From assembly GCA_963765495.1 (NCBI GenBank), contig CAVXWP010000004.1, forward strand, positions 224,001-288,000: a stretch of 64,000 nucleotides of DNA, read 5' to 3'. Made by a program: the position numbers and the translations under genes. Origin of the DNA: Blastocatellia bacterium. GTDB lineage: Bacteria > Acidobacteriota > Blastocatellia > UBA7656. A model generated the notes under the pieces. It searched no databases. It saw only the letters and a program-made list of their open reading frames with translations, and was not told the origin of the DNA. How positions within the stretch are numbered: position 1 is the stretch's first letter; every line of letters begins with the position of its first letter. This document shows, piece after piece, positions 27,282 to 37,910 of this stretch.

Positions 27282-28898
27282 TCACGCTGTTGGGAGCGCG
27301 TCATCCTTTATAGCGCCGTCCTGTTCCACGTTCTGGAATGCGGGTTCTGCCAGGGCAAGATTCTCGAAGACCTCGGCGGTCGACGCCCACAGGACATCCG
27401 ATCCGCTTGCGGCGAGCAGAATAGTCAGCACCTGCCAGACGGGTTTGATGTCGCCGCCGCGCTGGAGCGCCTTTCCCGCGTGCTGCACGCGGCCCTGATA
27501 ATTCGTATAGCTCCCCTCCTCTTCCGACCACGCGCTGACGGGCAGAAGCACGCTGGCCCGCGAAAGCCATTCGGCCTTGTGCGCGGCAAAGACCGCCGAA
27601 TACTCAAGCACATCGAGAAGCTCGGCCAACAGGGCCTCGGCCTCTGTGTCTTCTGCGCGGCGCACTAGCGGCTTGAAATACATTATCATCGCAGCCTTTA
27701 TGCGCCCTTCGCGAGCGGCCCGAATCGCGCCCTCTATCCCGCCCAGATCATCGCTCATAAGCCCGAGTCGTATTGCGCCCATAGAATTCGGATGCTTGTC
27801 CAGATGGCGCAAAACCTCGTCTTCCGGTTCAGTGACTCGCTTGTCTTCCGAACTGAGGCGGAACTCGAATTGAGTGACGCCGATCTGGTCGGCCAGATAA
27901 CGTTTAAACAAAAAGAGCGCCTCGTTTGTTGCCGAAGGCGAAGGGACGCCGAGTATCGCCTCCGCGCCGTTTGCCTCGCAAATCTCTTTCAACGTCGTAT
28001 CAACCGAGCGAATCGCCTCTTCCCACGTCACAGGAGCCTGCACGGAGTCGCGCCCCTTCATCATCGGGCGCATTATGCGCTCTCCGCTGTTTAGCTCGTG
28101 AAAGCTCATGCGCCCCTCGTCGCACAGCCAGCTTTTATTGACATCCGGGTTGCGGCGCGGGAGCAATCGAAATATAGTCCCGTCCCGGTGATCTATTCGC
28201 ATATTGCACCCCGTAGAGCACCCGCCGCAGACGGAATTTGTGCTGTGCAGAAACCATACGCGGCACTTAAACCTGAAATCGCGTGAGGTGAGCGCGCCCA
28301 CGGGGCAGATATCGACGACATTGCCCGAGTAGGGATTGTCGAGCGGCTTGTCTTCAAATGTGCCGATGGCTACGTGGTCGCCGCGCCCGAAAAACTGCAT
28401 CTCGCCCGTGTGCGTGACGTGATCGAAAAACCTTATGCAGCGAGAACAGAGCACGCAACGCTCCTGATCGAGGACGACCATCGGGCCGAGATCGACCACC
28501 TTGCGCTTTCGCACCTTCATCTCAAGCGGTATCTCGCTCGTGTGCAGGCCGTAGACCATGTAGTAGTCCTGCAAGCGGCATTCGCCGGCCTGATCGCACA
28601 CCGGGCAGTCTACCGGGTGATTGACCAGCAGGAATTCCAGCACGCCGCGCACAGACTCTTTCACGCGCTCGTTATTTGTGCGCACGATCATCCCGTCGGT
28701 TGCCACCGTGGCGCAGGATATGGCGAGCTTTGGCATCTTCTCTACCTCGACCAGACACATGCGGCAATTGCCGTCCACGGGCAGGTCGGGGTGATAGCAG
28801 TAGTGGGGAACCTCTATGCCGATCTGTTGCGCGGCCTGAATGATCGTAGTCCCCTCGGCCACTTCGACTTCTTTATCGTTTATCGTCAGTTTTGGCAT
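27282..28898 (-). CDS. nuoG: NADH-quinone oxidoreductase subunit G (short, 538 aa)
   Basis: PHYCYH...GNCRMCLVE, NHPVDCPVCDQAGEC, RCVLCSRC, CPVGAL, CGGCSTGC. Confidence 0.9.
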   Translation of the reverse strand: MPKLTINDKEVEVAEGTTIIQAAQQIGIEVPHYCYHPDLPVDGNCRMCLVEVEKMPKLAISCATVATDGMIVRTNNERVKESVRGVLEFLLVNHPVDCPVCDQAGECRLQDYYMVYGLHTSEIPLEMKVRKRKVVDLGPMVVLDQERCVLCSRCIRFFDHVTHTGEMQFFGRGDHVAIGTFEDKPLDNPYSGNVVDICPVGALTSRDFRFKCRVWFLHSTNSVCGGCSTGCNMRIDHRDGTIFRLLPRRNPDVNKSWLCDEGRMSFHELNSGERIMRPMMKGRDSVQAPVTWEEAIRSVDTTLKEICEANGAEAILGVPSPSATNEALFLFKRYLADQIGVTQFEFRLSSEDKRVTEPEDEVLRHLDKHPNSMGAIRLGLMSDDLGGIEGAIRAAREGRIKAAMIMYFKPLVRRAEDTEAEALLAELLDVLEYSAVFAAHKAEWLSRASVLLPVSAWSEEEGSYTNYQGRVQHAGKALQRGGDIKPVWQVLTILLAASGSDVLWASTAEVFENLALAEPAFQNVEQDGAIKDDALPTA

Positions 28899-28971
28899 CG
28901 TTCAATTTTCCAGTGAGCTAAAAATACCTGACACTCTTCATAACTACTCTTGAGACTCTTCTTAATCACCC

Positions 28972-29230
28972 AGCCGCCTTCAGGCGGCTTTCCCGAAGGG
29001 CAGCTAGCCCAGCCGTTTTACGGCTGGGGGCGAGCAGTTCTCGTTATTCAGCCCGTTTCAACGGGCTTCCAGCATCCGGCTTTAGCCTGCTTTCTTACAT
29101 TGGCTAAAGCCCTTGCGAGAAGGACGCTAAAGCGCCCTTGAGACAGTTAGGCCAGCGTTTAACCAGTCCTAAAAAGACTGGCCTAACTGCCCTTCGGGTA
29201 AGCCCGATAAATCGGGCTCTAAATCGGGCT
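28972..29230. repeat. Composite REP-like palindrome cluster inside the nuo operon
   Basis: At least six short palindromes plus a 21 bp outer inverted repeat (28992-29012 vs 29178-29198, 2 mismatches). Confidence 0.8.
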
Positions 29231-29280
29231 CGGCTACTTCAACTCTTCAAAGATTAGGCAGATTCGCCTTTATTCATTGC

Positions 29281-30528
29281 TCAACTCGCGCAGAGCGCCA
29301 GGAATTCGTCCCTGTACTTGGTTACGAAACTGCGAATCGGCATCACGTCGGCATCGGCTAGCGGGCAGATGGTCTTCCCTTCCATCCTATCGGCGATCTT
29401 CAATAGCAGATCGACATCCGACGGCTTTCCTTCTCCCGCCACAAGCCTGCGCAAAATCTTTGCGGCCCAGCCCGTCCCTTCGCGGCAGGGGGTGCACTGT
29501 CCGCAGGATTCGTGCGCGTAAAAATCAGCGATAACCGAAAGCGCCTCGGGCATCTTTACCGTTTCGTCAAAGACTATCATCCCGCCCGACCCGAGCATCG
29601 AGCCCGCCTTGAGCAACGATTCGTAATCGAGCAAAACGCCCTCACACTCGTCGGCTCTCAAGACCGGGACCGATGAGCCGCCCGGTATGACCGCCTTTAA
29701 TTTGCGCCCGTTCGGAATCCCCCCCGCCTCGTTGTAGATGAAATCGAGCAACGGATAGCCCATATCAACTTCGTACACGCCCGGACGCGCTACGTGGCCT
29801 GAAACTGAAAACAGTTTTGTGCCTTTGCTCTTCTCTGTCCCGATGGCAGCATAGGCCGCCGCGCCGTTTTCGATGATCCACGGAAGAGCGGCGAGCGTCT
29901 CTACGTTGTTGACCACCGTGGGCGAAGCCAGAAATCCGTGACTTGCGGGAAAGGGCGGCTTGATTCGCGGGTAGCCCCGATAGCCTTCCAGGGATTCGAT
30001 CAGCGATGTCTCTTCGCCGCAAATGTAAGCCCCCTGCCCCATATGAAGATGGAGGTCGAGCGCAAAATCCTTTCCTAAAACCGACGGGCCGAGTATCCCA
30101 GCGTCATAGGCTTCGCCTAGAGCCTTCTCGACCGGCCTTATCAGAAAGCCAAACTCGCCCCGCATATAGATATAAGAGAGGTGGCAGTTGAGCGCGAGAC
30201 ACGCGATTACCATGCCTTCGATCATAAGGTGCGGGTCGCGTTCGATCAGAAGCCGGTCTTTGAACGTGCCGGGTTCGCTTTCGTCGGCGTTGCAAAGCAG
30301 ATAGGTGGGCTTAGGAGAGTTCTTCGGGACAAAGCTCCACTTCATACCTGTGGGAAAACCCGCGCCGCCGCGCCCCCGCAATCCGCTCGCCTTTACCTCA
30401 TCTATCAATGCCGCAGGCTCCATCGTAAGAGCCTTCTCAAGCGCCCGGTAGCCGCCACGCTCGCGGTATTTTTCTATGCTCGTCTGATCGGGCTTGTCTG
30501 TGTTTGCAAGTAGAATTGTATTATTCAT
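29281..30528 (-). CDS. nuoF: NADH-quinone oxidoreductase subunit F
   Basis: GLRGRGGAGF, CNADESEPGTFKD, GAYICGEET, ESCGQCTPCREG. Confidence 0.97.
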   Translation of the reverse strand: MNNTILLANTDKPDQTSIEKYRERGGYRALEKALTMEPAALIDEVKASGLRGRGGAGFPTGMKWSFVPKNSPKPTYLLCNADESEPGTFKDRLLIERDPHLMIEGMVIACLALNCHLSYIYMRGEFGFLIRPVEKALGEAYDAGILGPSVLGKDFALDLHLHMGQGAYICGEETSLIESLEGYRGYPRIKPPFPASHGFLASPTVVNNVETLAALPWIIENGAAAYAAIGTEKSKGTKLFSVSGHVARPGVYEVDMGYPLLDFIYNEAGGIPNGRKLKAVIPGGSSVPVLRADECEGVLLDYESLLKAGSMLGSGGMIVFDETVKMPEALSVIADFYAHESCGQCTPCREGTGWAAKILRRLVAGEGKPSDVDLLLKIADRMEGKTICPLADADVMPIRSFVTKYRDEFLALCAS

Positions 30529-30997
30529 TGGCCAGTTTCTCGATTATTTCGCCGATGCTTTCGGGCGTGAGGTTTTCAAAATAGCGGTCGCCAACCTGCA
30601 TGGCCGGAGCCGTCCCGCACGAGGCCAGGCACTCGGTAAAGTTCCAGCTAAACTTGCCGTCCTCGGTTATCTGATTCGGTTCCACCTTCAGTCTTCGCTT
30701 TATCTCGTCAACACACGGATATGTCCCCATCAACCAGCAACTCACGTTGCGGCAAATCTCCAGATGGTACTTACCCACGGGCCTTATGTGTATCAACGTA
30801 TAAAAGGTTCCTACGCTCAAGACATCGGACGGGGGGTAATCCATAAGGCTGCCGATATACTCGGCCACCTCCTGAGAAATCCAGCCGAACTCCCTTTGAG
30901 CAAGCGCGAGCACAGGGATGAGCGCCGGGCGCTTTTCGGGGTAGCGTTTCAGTATCGCGTCGTATTCTCGTTTCGCTTCTTCGCTGAATTCAATCAT
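30521..30997 (-). CDS. nuoE: NADH-quinone oxidoreductase subunit E
   Basis: CRNVSC...CLASCGTAP 2Fe-2S motif. Confidence 0.93.
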   Translation of the reverse strand: MIEFSEEAKREYDAILKRYPEKRPALIPVLALAQREFGWISQEVAEYIGSLMDYPPSDVLSVGTFYTLIHIRPVGKYHLEICRNVSCWLMGTYPCVDEIKRRLKVEPNQITEDGKFSWNFTECLASCGTAPAMQVGDRYFENLTPESIGEIIEKLANE

Positions 30998-33312
30998 CGG
31001 TCAAGCTCTCCCGCTACTATATTGAGACTGCCGAGCGCGCCTACGGCATCGGCTATAAGCCCGCCTTCGATCAGCTTTGGAAAGGCGGAAAATATCGGGA
31101 AACACGGGCCTCGCGCGTGACATCGCCACGGTCTCATCGAGCCGTCGCTCACAATGTAGAAACCAAGCTCGCCGTTGCCTCCCTCGGTGTAGCCGTAGAC
31201 TTCGCCGGGCGGGGCCTGGATGCCGTGCATGGTCAATTTGAAGTGGTTCATCAAGTCTTCGATGTTTGTATAGACGCCGTGTTTCGGAGGCAGCGTGATG
31301 CGACGGTCATCAATCTGATAAGGCCCTTCGGGCAGATTTTCAAGCGCCTGCTCGACTATTCGAAGGCTCTGCCGCATCTCCTCCATGCGAACGAGATAAC
31401 GATCATAGACATCGCCGCGATTGCCTACCGGAACCTCGAAATCGAAGTCGTCATAGCTCGAATAAGGATGGTTCTGGCGTATGTCGTAGGGCACGCCGCA
31501 CGCCCTGAGCATCGGGCCGGTCATCCCCCAGTCTATCGCGTCTCTGGCGCTGATTTCGGTGATGCCTACCGCCCGCTGTTTGAAGAGCCGGTTGTGCGTA
31601 TTCAGCTTGTGAACGTCATCAATATATTTTGGCAGGCGCTTTAGCACCTCGCGGCAGCGCGGCACAAAGTCCTTTGGAATATCGGCAGACAACCCGCCTA
31701 CGCGCACATAACTGACCATCATCCGCTGGCCCGAGGTCATCTCAAGCAGATCATATATCTCTTCGCGCGGCTCAAAGGTGTACCAGAAATTCGTGATCGC
31801 GCCCATGTCCACAAGGTTTGTGCCTATGCAGACCATGTGGTCCATGATGCGCGAAAGCTCTCCGAGGATGACGCGAATGTACTGCACGCGTTTTGGCACT
31901 TCTATGCCGAGCAGTTTTTCAACCGTAGTGATATAACCTACGTTGTTTAGAAACGAGGACATGTAATTTAGGCGGTCGGTGTAGGGGATGACCTGATTCC
32001 ATTGATGAGTTTCGGCCATCTTCTCGAAGCAGCGATGGAGATAGCCGATTTCAACATCGGAGTCGGTTATCGTCTCGCCGTCGAGACGCGCGACTATGCG
32101 GAGCGTGCCGTGTGTGGCCGGGTGTGACGGGCCTATGTTGATGATGGTAGGCTCGCCGCTTATGCGGTCGTGTTTTTCATCGTCGTGCCATTCGGTTTGA
32201 TATTCGATAGGCAGTTTGTAATCGCGCGAAAGCGGCGTGCGCCCGCCCGGATCGTGATCTTTACGGAGGGCGTGGCCTACGAACTCTTCATGAGTGAGAA
32301 TGCGTCGCAGATCGGGATGATTTCGGAAGTTGATCCCGAACATGTCGAAGGTCTCGCGTTCCCACCAGTTGGCCGTCTTCCAGACCGATGAAATCGAATC
32401 TATCTCGGGCGCGGACTCGGGCAGCGGAACCTTCAAACGGACGCGGTGGCCGTGATCTATCGAATACATGTGATAGACGACATTGAACCGCTCATCTGAG
32501 GTCTTGTCGGGGAAACCCTTATAATCGAGCCCCGTAACGGTCGAGAGCAGATCGAATTTGGTAGTCGGGTCCTCTTTGAGCGCGCGGCAGACATCCACGA
32601 CTTTATCGGGCCGGATGGTTATGGAGAGGTCGCCCCGGAAATCGTCTACGTCGAGCACCTGATCTGCGAATCCGCCTTTGAGGGCGGCGACAATCGGGTT
32701 TTCAGGAGAGGCCGGTTCGCGGCTGATTTGCACGAGTTCTGTGGCGGCGCGCGCCTGTTCGAAAGCGATCAGGAGCGGTTTTGGCGCGCTTTCGGTTATC
32801 TCTTTTTTCATCCGTTCGCGAAGGTCCTGGCGCGCATCGGCATCGATCAGAGACTCTTTTTCGATCAACTTTTGAATCATCAAAACGGCCTGCATGACCG
32901 CTTCGGGCGAAGGCGGGCACCCCGGGATGTAAACATCCACGGGGATTATCTCGTCTATGCCCTGCATGACGTGGTAGGCGCGATAGAACCCGCCCGATGT
33001 CGCGCACGCGCCCATCGAAATCACCCACTTGGGCTCGGGCATCTGTTCGTAAATCCTTTTGAGAATCGGCCCCATCTTGTCGACGATGGTTCCCATCACC
33101 ATAAGCAGATCCGATTGGCGAGGTGAGAAGCGGACCACCTCCGCGCCGAACCGCGACAGATCGTAGTGCGCAGAGACTACCGACATGAATTCGATAGCGC
33201 AGCAGGCCGTGCCAAACGGCATAGGCCAGAGCGAATTCTTGCGCCCCCAGTTTGCCAGATCGCTCAACCGTGTGGTGATTATGTTGTCGCCTATAGCAGA
33301 CTCAATACCCAT
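30994..33312 (-). CDS. nuoBCD: NADH-quinone oxidoreductase subunit B/C/D fusion
   Basis: GTACCAIEF...SPRQSD (B); [10 protein letters not shown] (C); [19 protein letters not shown] (D). Confidence 0.95.
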   Translation of the reverse strand: MGIESAIGDNIITTRLSDLANWGRKNSLWPMPFGTACCAIEFMSVVSAHYDLSRFGAEVVRFSPRQSDLLMVMGTIVDKMGPILKRIYEQMPEPKWVISMGACATSGGFYRAYHVMQGIDEIIPVDVYIPGCPPSPEAVMQAVLMIQKLIEKESLIDADARQDLRERMKKEITESAPKPLLIAFEQARAATELVQISREPASPENPIVAALKGGFADQVLDVDDFRGDLSITIRPDKVVDVCRALKEDPTTKFDLLSTVTGLDYKGFPDKTSDERFNVVYHMYSIDHGHRVRLKVPLPESAPEIDSISSVWKTANWWERETFDMFGINFRNHPDLRRILTHEEFVGHALRKDHDPGGRTPLSRDYKLPIEYQTEWHDDEKHDRISGEPTIINIGPSHPATHGTLRIVARLDGETITDSDVEIGYLHRCFEKMAETHQWNQVIPYTDRLNYMSSFLNNVGYITTVEKLLGIEVPKRVQYIRVILGELSRIMDHMVCIGTNLVDMGAITNFWYTFEPREEIYDLLEMTSGQRMMVSYVRVGGLSADIPKDFVPRCREVLKRLPKYIDDVHKLNTHNRLFKQRAVGITEISARDAIDWGMTGPMLRACGVPYDIRQNHPYSSYDDFDFEVPVGNRGDVYDRYLVRMEEMRQSLRIVEQALENLPEGPYQIDDRRITLPPKHGVYTNIEDLMNHFKLTMHGIQAPPGEVYGYTEGGNGELGFYIVSDGSMRPWRCHARGPCFPIFSAFPKLIEGGLIADAVGALGSLNIVAGELDR

Positions 33313-33589
33313 TATTTGTCCTCTTTATTTCAGGTCCATCTTGCAGACTATTTGCGTGTTTAAGCGCATCCCAAAATTCTCTTCAATAAAAATCTTATCT
33401 TCCGCTCATACCCGAGTCAAATTACGACATGTTAAAGAAGCGTAACGGTGGTGGTAAATGATTTTCAGCCTTACATAATGATGACCAGACGCCTCCAAAA
33501 GACGTGAAGAATGAAAGCTCAAATCTACAGACCGAAAATCGAGTTGTCAACGAATCCGTTCGATACGGCAGAGGCTTTTTCTCGCGGAT

Positions 33590-33988
33590 TCAACCCGGCA
33601 GGACCGTCACGATGCACTCGCGTTGTCTTGGACCGTTGCATTCGACAAACAATACGCGCTGCCATGTGCCGAGCTGAAGCTTGCCGCCCCTCACAGGAAC
33701 AGTAATGCTCGCTCCGAGGATTGAAGAAATCATGTGGTCGGGCGCGTGCGAAGGGTCGTGACCGTGACGAAAATTTATCTGCGGAATCATTCGTTCAAGC
33801 GTCTCCATGAGGTCTTCATCGGTGCCTTCGATGGCCTCGCCCGTAGTGATTGCCGCCGTCGTATGGCGGACAAAGACATTACAGAGCCCGTCTTTAATCC
33901 CCGCTTGATTCAAGCATTGCTCCACGCGGTCGGTTATATCGAGCACCTGCCTGGCGCGGCTGGTAGATATGTTTATCGTCGCAGGCAT
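33590..33988 (-). CDS. YjbQ/UPF0047 family protein
   Basis: HTTAAI, H...HAPDH, LGTWQ, GPRQR. Confidence 0.9.
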   Translation of the reverse strand: MPATINISTSRARQVLDITDRVEQCLNQAGIKDGLCNVFVRHTTAAITTGEAIEGTDEDLMETLERMIPQINFRHGHDPSHAPDHMISSILGASITVPVRGGKLQLGTWQRVLFVECNGPRQRECIVTVLPG

Positions 33989-34065
33989 AACAATTGAGTA
34001 TAAACCGTCAGACACAAAAGGCAACATCGAACCGAAGTTTCGGCTTTCGGTATCCGCTTTCGGTA

Positions 34066-34258
34066 CAGGGCCATTCAGTTTTCAACGTGTAGATAAGGAA
34101 ACTGGGAATAGGCCGCGGATAATCGCGGATCTGACCTTTATATGATTTAATCCGCGTAGATCCGCCGCATCCGCGTTATCCGCGGCCTATTTCAACTCGC
34201 CTTTGCGTCAAATCAACATTTAATATTTTTTCCGCCTATTGCCAACTGAATGGCCTTG
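34066..34258. mobile_element. MITE with ISAs1-like ends
   Basis: TIR CAGGGCCATTCAGTT / AACTGAATGGCCTTG (14/15); 10 bp direct repeat GCTTTCGGTA on both sides; no ORF. Confidence 0.75.
34107..34191. repeat. Family F element, copy 2 (inside the MITE)
   Basis: AATAGGCCGCGGATAA...TTATCCGCGGCCTATT. Confidence 0.92.
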
Positions 34259-34314
34259 GCTTTCGGTATCCGGGAGTCGGTGGTAGTATCTAGGCCAACG
34301 CCGCCTCGGGAGGA

Positions 34315-34806
34315 ATGAAGATGAAGATATTCGGGAAGAGTTTATCGGAGTACATTCGGTTTCAGAAGATCTTTCTTATATTGATCCTGATCGTGGGCCT
34401 TGCGCGCCTCGGGCTTTCGCTTGCCGGAGTTCCCACTTCCATAGTGAAATTCTTCAGCCTGACCGTTGTGATGCTGATCGGGTTCGTCTACTACGCTGTG
34501 CGGGTCCAGACCAGCGGGTTTGGCAGCTATAAACAGTTGTTGCCGCTCATAGTGATCCAGAACATCCTCGGTGAAGGGATCATAATTCTGGGCATCATGA
34601 TCGCCATCTTCACGGGCAAGGACAATATTTTCAGCCAGCCCGAGTATAGCGCCGGGATGGACGGGAAAAGCTGGTCACACGTTGCGGGCCACCTCTTGAT
34701 AGGCATAATCCTGCTCTCACTCGTATGGTGGGGCGTCGGGTCTGTGCTGATGTATGTGACCGGGAAGCTCTCGGAAAAAGGAAAAGAGGACGAAGCCCGC
34801 GCCTGA
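34315..34806 (+). CDS. Four-TM hypothetical membrane protein
   Basis: Four hydrophobic segments; GGGAGG SD. Confidence 0.75.
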   Translation: MKMKIFGKSLSEYIRFQKIFLILILIVGLARLGLSLAGVPTSIVKFFSLTVVMLIGFVYYAVRVQTSGFGSYKQLLPLIVIQNILGEGIIILGIMIAIFTGKDNIFSQPEYSAGMDGKSWSHVAGHLLIGIILLSLVWWGVGSVLMYVTGKLSEKGKEDEARA

Positions 34807-34824
34807 GCAGTCCAGATTTTCGGG

Positions 34825-35244
34825 TCAATCTAGGTAGTCTTCTATCGAGATCTCGGATGTAAGAGTCTTGTGAACGGGGCATTGTTTTGCGATTTGAAGA
34901 AGGCGCTCGCGCTGTTCATCGCTCAGGTCGCCTTCAAGCGATATGTGCCGCTCGATCCGGCTGATGTGGCCCTCCTTCGTTGTACAGGTCCGGCAATCCG
35001 TGGCGTGCACGCGGCTGTTTGAAAGCTTTACTTCGACTTTTTCAAGAGGCCAGTCCTTTCGCCTGGCATACATTTGCAGGGTCATCGAAGTGCAAGCGCC
35101 CAGCGCGGCCAGAAGTAACGAGTAAGGATCGGGACCCGTTTCGGTTCCGCCCTGTGCGATTGGCTCGTCCGCGTATAAAGTGTGAGGCCCGGCGGTTATC
35201 TCCTGCTTCAAATATCCGGCGGATTTTACCGTGATTTCAGCCAT
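34825..35244 (-). CDS. OsmC/YhfA family protein
   Basis: ADEP...GG...GPDPY, LGACTSMT, CPVHKTL. Confidence 0.92.
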   Translation of the reverse strand: MAEITVKSAGYLKQEITAGPHTLYADEPIAQGGTETGPDPYSLLLAALGACTSMTLQMYARRKDWPLEKVEVKLSNSRVHATDCRTCTTKEGHISRIERHISLEGDLSDEQRERLLQIAKQCPVHKTLTSEISIEDYLD

Positions 35245-35282
35245 TCGATCTTCTCCCTTTTCGCAGTCTTATTCCGTTTTAT

Positions 35283-36641
35283 TCAATCGCGATTATTGCG
35301 GTCCCGACTCGTCGGGTTGTAGTATTTTCGCCCTTTCAGCCCTTCCGGTAAACACTCCATCTCTTCTGCCCTGCCCGTTTCGAAGCCGTGGGCATATTGA
35401 TACCCCTGCCCGTATCCAAGCATCTTCATCAAAGAGGTAGGCGCGTTGCGAAGATGCAGAGGAACGGGCTCGCGCTCGGTCTCGCGGGCATCCTTCTGAG
35501 CCGACATGTAGGCTTCAAGCACGGAGTTCGATTTCGGAGCCAGCGCCAGATAAATGGTCGCCTGCGTCAGCGCGAGTCTTGCCTCGGGCATTCCTATGAA
35601 ATGCGCCGCCTGCATCCCGGCCACCGCCTGCACAAGCGCCATCGGGTCGGCGAGCCCTATGTCTTCCGATGCGTGGTGTACGAGGCGTCTTGCGACGTAA
35701 AGAGGGTCTTCCCCGCTTTCGAGCATGCGGGCAAGCCAGTAGACGGCCGCATCCGCGTCGGAGTTGCGGATAGATTTTATGAAAGCGGAAATAACATTGA
35801 AATGCTCTTCTCCTGCTTTGTCGTATCTGAGAGCCGCGCGCTGTGTGGCTTCGCCAAGCACCTCTCTGGTTATGACGCGCGCACCCGCATCATCGGGTTC
35901 GGCGATTGAGGCGGCCAGTTCCAGCGTATTGAGCGCCACGCGGGCATCGCCCGACGCGTAACCGGCTATCGCCCGCAGCAGGTCTTCGTCCGCTTCTATA
36001 TGCTCAAGGCCGAGCCCCCGCTCTTGATCGGCGAGGGCGCGTTTCATAAGTTCAGTCAGATGTTCGACCGAAAGCATTTCAAGCACAAATACTTTTGAGC
36101 GGGAGAGCAACGCCGAATTTACTTCAAAAGATGGATTTTCAGTCGTCGCCCCGATCAGGATTATCGTGCCGCTTTCGACATAAGGCAAAAAGGCATCCTG
36201 CTGCGCCTTGTTGAAGCGATGGATTTCGTCTATGAAGACAACGGTGCGGCGACCCGTCCGGCGGCGGTACTCATCGGCTTCGGCCATCACTTCGCGGACT
36301 TCGCGTATACCGGAAACAACGGCGCTGAATTGAACAAAGCGGGCCTCGGTTCGTCGGGCGATGATGCGGGCAAGCGTTGTCTTGCCTGTGCCGGGAGGCC
36401 CCCAGAAGATAAGCGATTGCAGGCGGTCCTCTTCGATCATCCTGCGCAGTGCCCTCCCCTGTGCGGCGAGTTTGTCCTGGCCTACGAATTCGTCGAGCGA
36501 CGAAGGACGCATCCGGTCAGCCAGGGGGCGATGGCTCAGGTCTTCTTCCGCCTCGGGGGCGGAATCTGTTTCGGGCTCCTCAAACAAACGGTTCTCCTGC
36601 TCGCCGTAGGTTTTGGATGTAGCTTTCTTGAGTCTGGGCAT
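35283..36641 (-). CDS. rarA: Replication-associated recombination protein A
   Basis: [56 protein letters not shown]. Confidence 0.96.
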   Translation of the reverse strand: MPRLKKATSKTYGEQENRLFEEPETDSAPEAEEDLSHRPLADRMRPSSLDEFVGQDKLAAQGRALRRMIEEDRLQSLIFWGPPGTGKTTLARIIARRTEARFVQFSAVVSGIREVREVMAEADEYRRRTGRRTVVFIDEIHRFNKAQQDAFLPYVESGTIILIGATTENPSFEVNSALLSRSKVFVLEMLSVEHLTELMKRALADQERGLGLEHIEADEDLLRAIAGYASGDARVALNTLELAASIAEPDDAGARVITREVLGEATQRAALRYDKAGEEHFNVISAFIKSIRNSDADAAVYWLARMLESGEDPLYVARRLVHHASEDIGLADPMALVQAVAGMQAAHFIGMPEARLALTQATIYLALAPKSNSVLEAYMSAQKDARETEREPVPLHLRNAPTSLMKMLGYGQGYQYAHGFETGRAEEMECLPEGLKGRKYYNPTSRDRNNRD

Positions 36642-36881
36642 TCTTTTCTCCGGGTTTAAATACTAGAGCCGGAACCGAGCGTATTGCAATGAGGGCGGGA
36701 AAGGTTTCAGGGGAATAAGCGATGCCTGTTAGTGGATTCATGTTGTGTGATCAGGCCGGTTGACAAGGTGAGAGCCAAATCGGTAAGATGAGTTCGTTGA
36801 CAGGTTTTCCTCTCCTTTGTTACCCTTTTTCTTTATTTTGGCAACAGCAGCGTCCGCTGTGCGATAAGTTAATATAAGAGG

Positions 36882-37907
36882 TTGATTGTGAGACCGATCC
36901 GATCTTTTGCCTTGATTATATTCACCGTAACATTTCTCAGTTCGGGCTGCGTTAAAAAAGTGACCGTAGCCGAAGTCTTGCCGGTCTATCAGGAAATGAC
37001 CACAAGCCAGCTTGTCAGTCGGATAAACAACTACGCCGATGTCGAGACATTTTCGGCCAACGGCTACCTCTACGTCCGCAATTATTTTACCGGAAAAGAG
37101 AATAAGGCGGAGGAATACCCATACGCCAATCAACTGATCCGCTTGAAACGGCCTGAAAACATAAGGCTGCAAGTCAATGCGCCTGTGGTCTCCTCGAAGG
37201 TGGCCGATATGACGAGCAACGGGCAGAGTTTCCGGCTCGCAATTTTCTACCCCAAAGACAAGCGGCGTTTCATATACGGCAGCAATCTGAGCGAATTTCA
37301 GCATATGGCTGCCAACGAGATCAAAGAGAACAAAGATCCCAGGCTGGCTCAGGCCGGCGGATTGTTAAACATGCGGCCTCAACACATTGTAGATGCGTTT
37401 CTTATGAAACCGGCTACATTTCACGACGATATGGGATATTTCCGCGAAGAGGTGCGGCAACTCGAACCCGATCCGCGTCCGGGAAAGAAAAACCGTATGG
37501 TCGAGCGCAGCTACTATGTCATCTATGTGATCGAGTACGGCACGGGCCGCGCGGAACTCAGGCGCAAATTCTGGTTTGACAGAAACGATCAAAGCATACC
37601 GCTTGTGCGTCAGCAGACCTTCGAAAACGGCTCAGGCCGCCTCGGAAGCGATATCTCTTATTTCAACTGGTTCAAGGTTCCAGATACCGATAGAATCTGG
37701 CCTGCAAGGGTGATCGTGGACCGCAGAAATGACGGCTATCGCATAGAACTGGACATTGAGCCAAACTCTGTCGAGATAAACGAAGACTTGCCGGATAATA
37801 TCTTTGATCTTCCAAATAAAGAGAACCTGGAAGAGATAAACCTCGATGCGCCGAAAGCCAATACCTCGCCTGATACAAAGAAAAAAGTTCCTCCTCCTTC
37901 GCACTAA
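36882..37907 (+). CDS. Lipoprotein, possible LolA/LolB-like fold
   Basis: Signal peptide ending LSSGC; beta-rich; C-terminal INEDLPDNIFDLP resembles LolA-superfamily ends. Confidence 0.65.
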   Translation: MIVRPIRSFALIIFTVTFLSSGCVKKVTVAEVLPVYQEMTTSQLVSRINNYADVETFSANGYLYVRNYFTGKENKAEEYPYANQLIRLKRPENIRLQVNAPVVSSKVADMTSNGQSFRLAIFYPKDKRRFIYGSNLSEFQHMAANEIKENKDPRLAQAGGLLNMRPQHIVDAFLMKPATFHDDMGYFREEVRQLEPDPRPGKKNRMVERSYYVIYVIEYGTGRAELRRKFWFDRNDQSIPLVRQQTFENGSGRLGSDISYFNWFKVPDTDRIWPARVIVDRRNDGYRIELDIEPNSVEINEDLPDNIFDLPNKENLEEINLDAPKANTSPDTKKKVPPPSH

Positions 37908-37910
37908 AAA

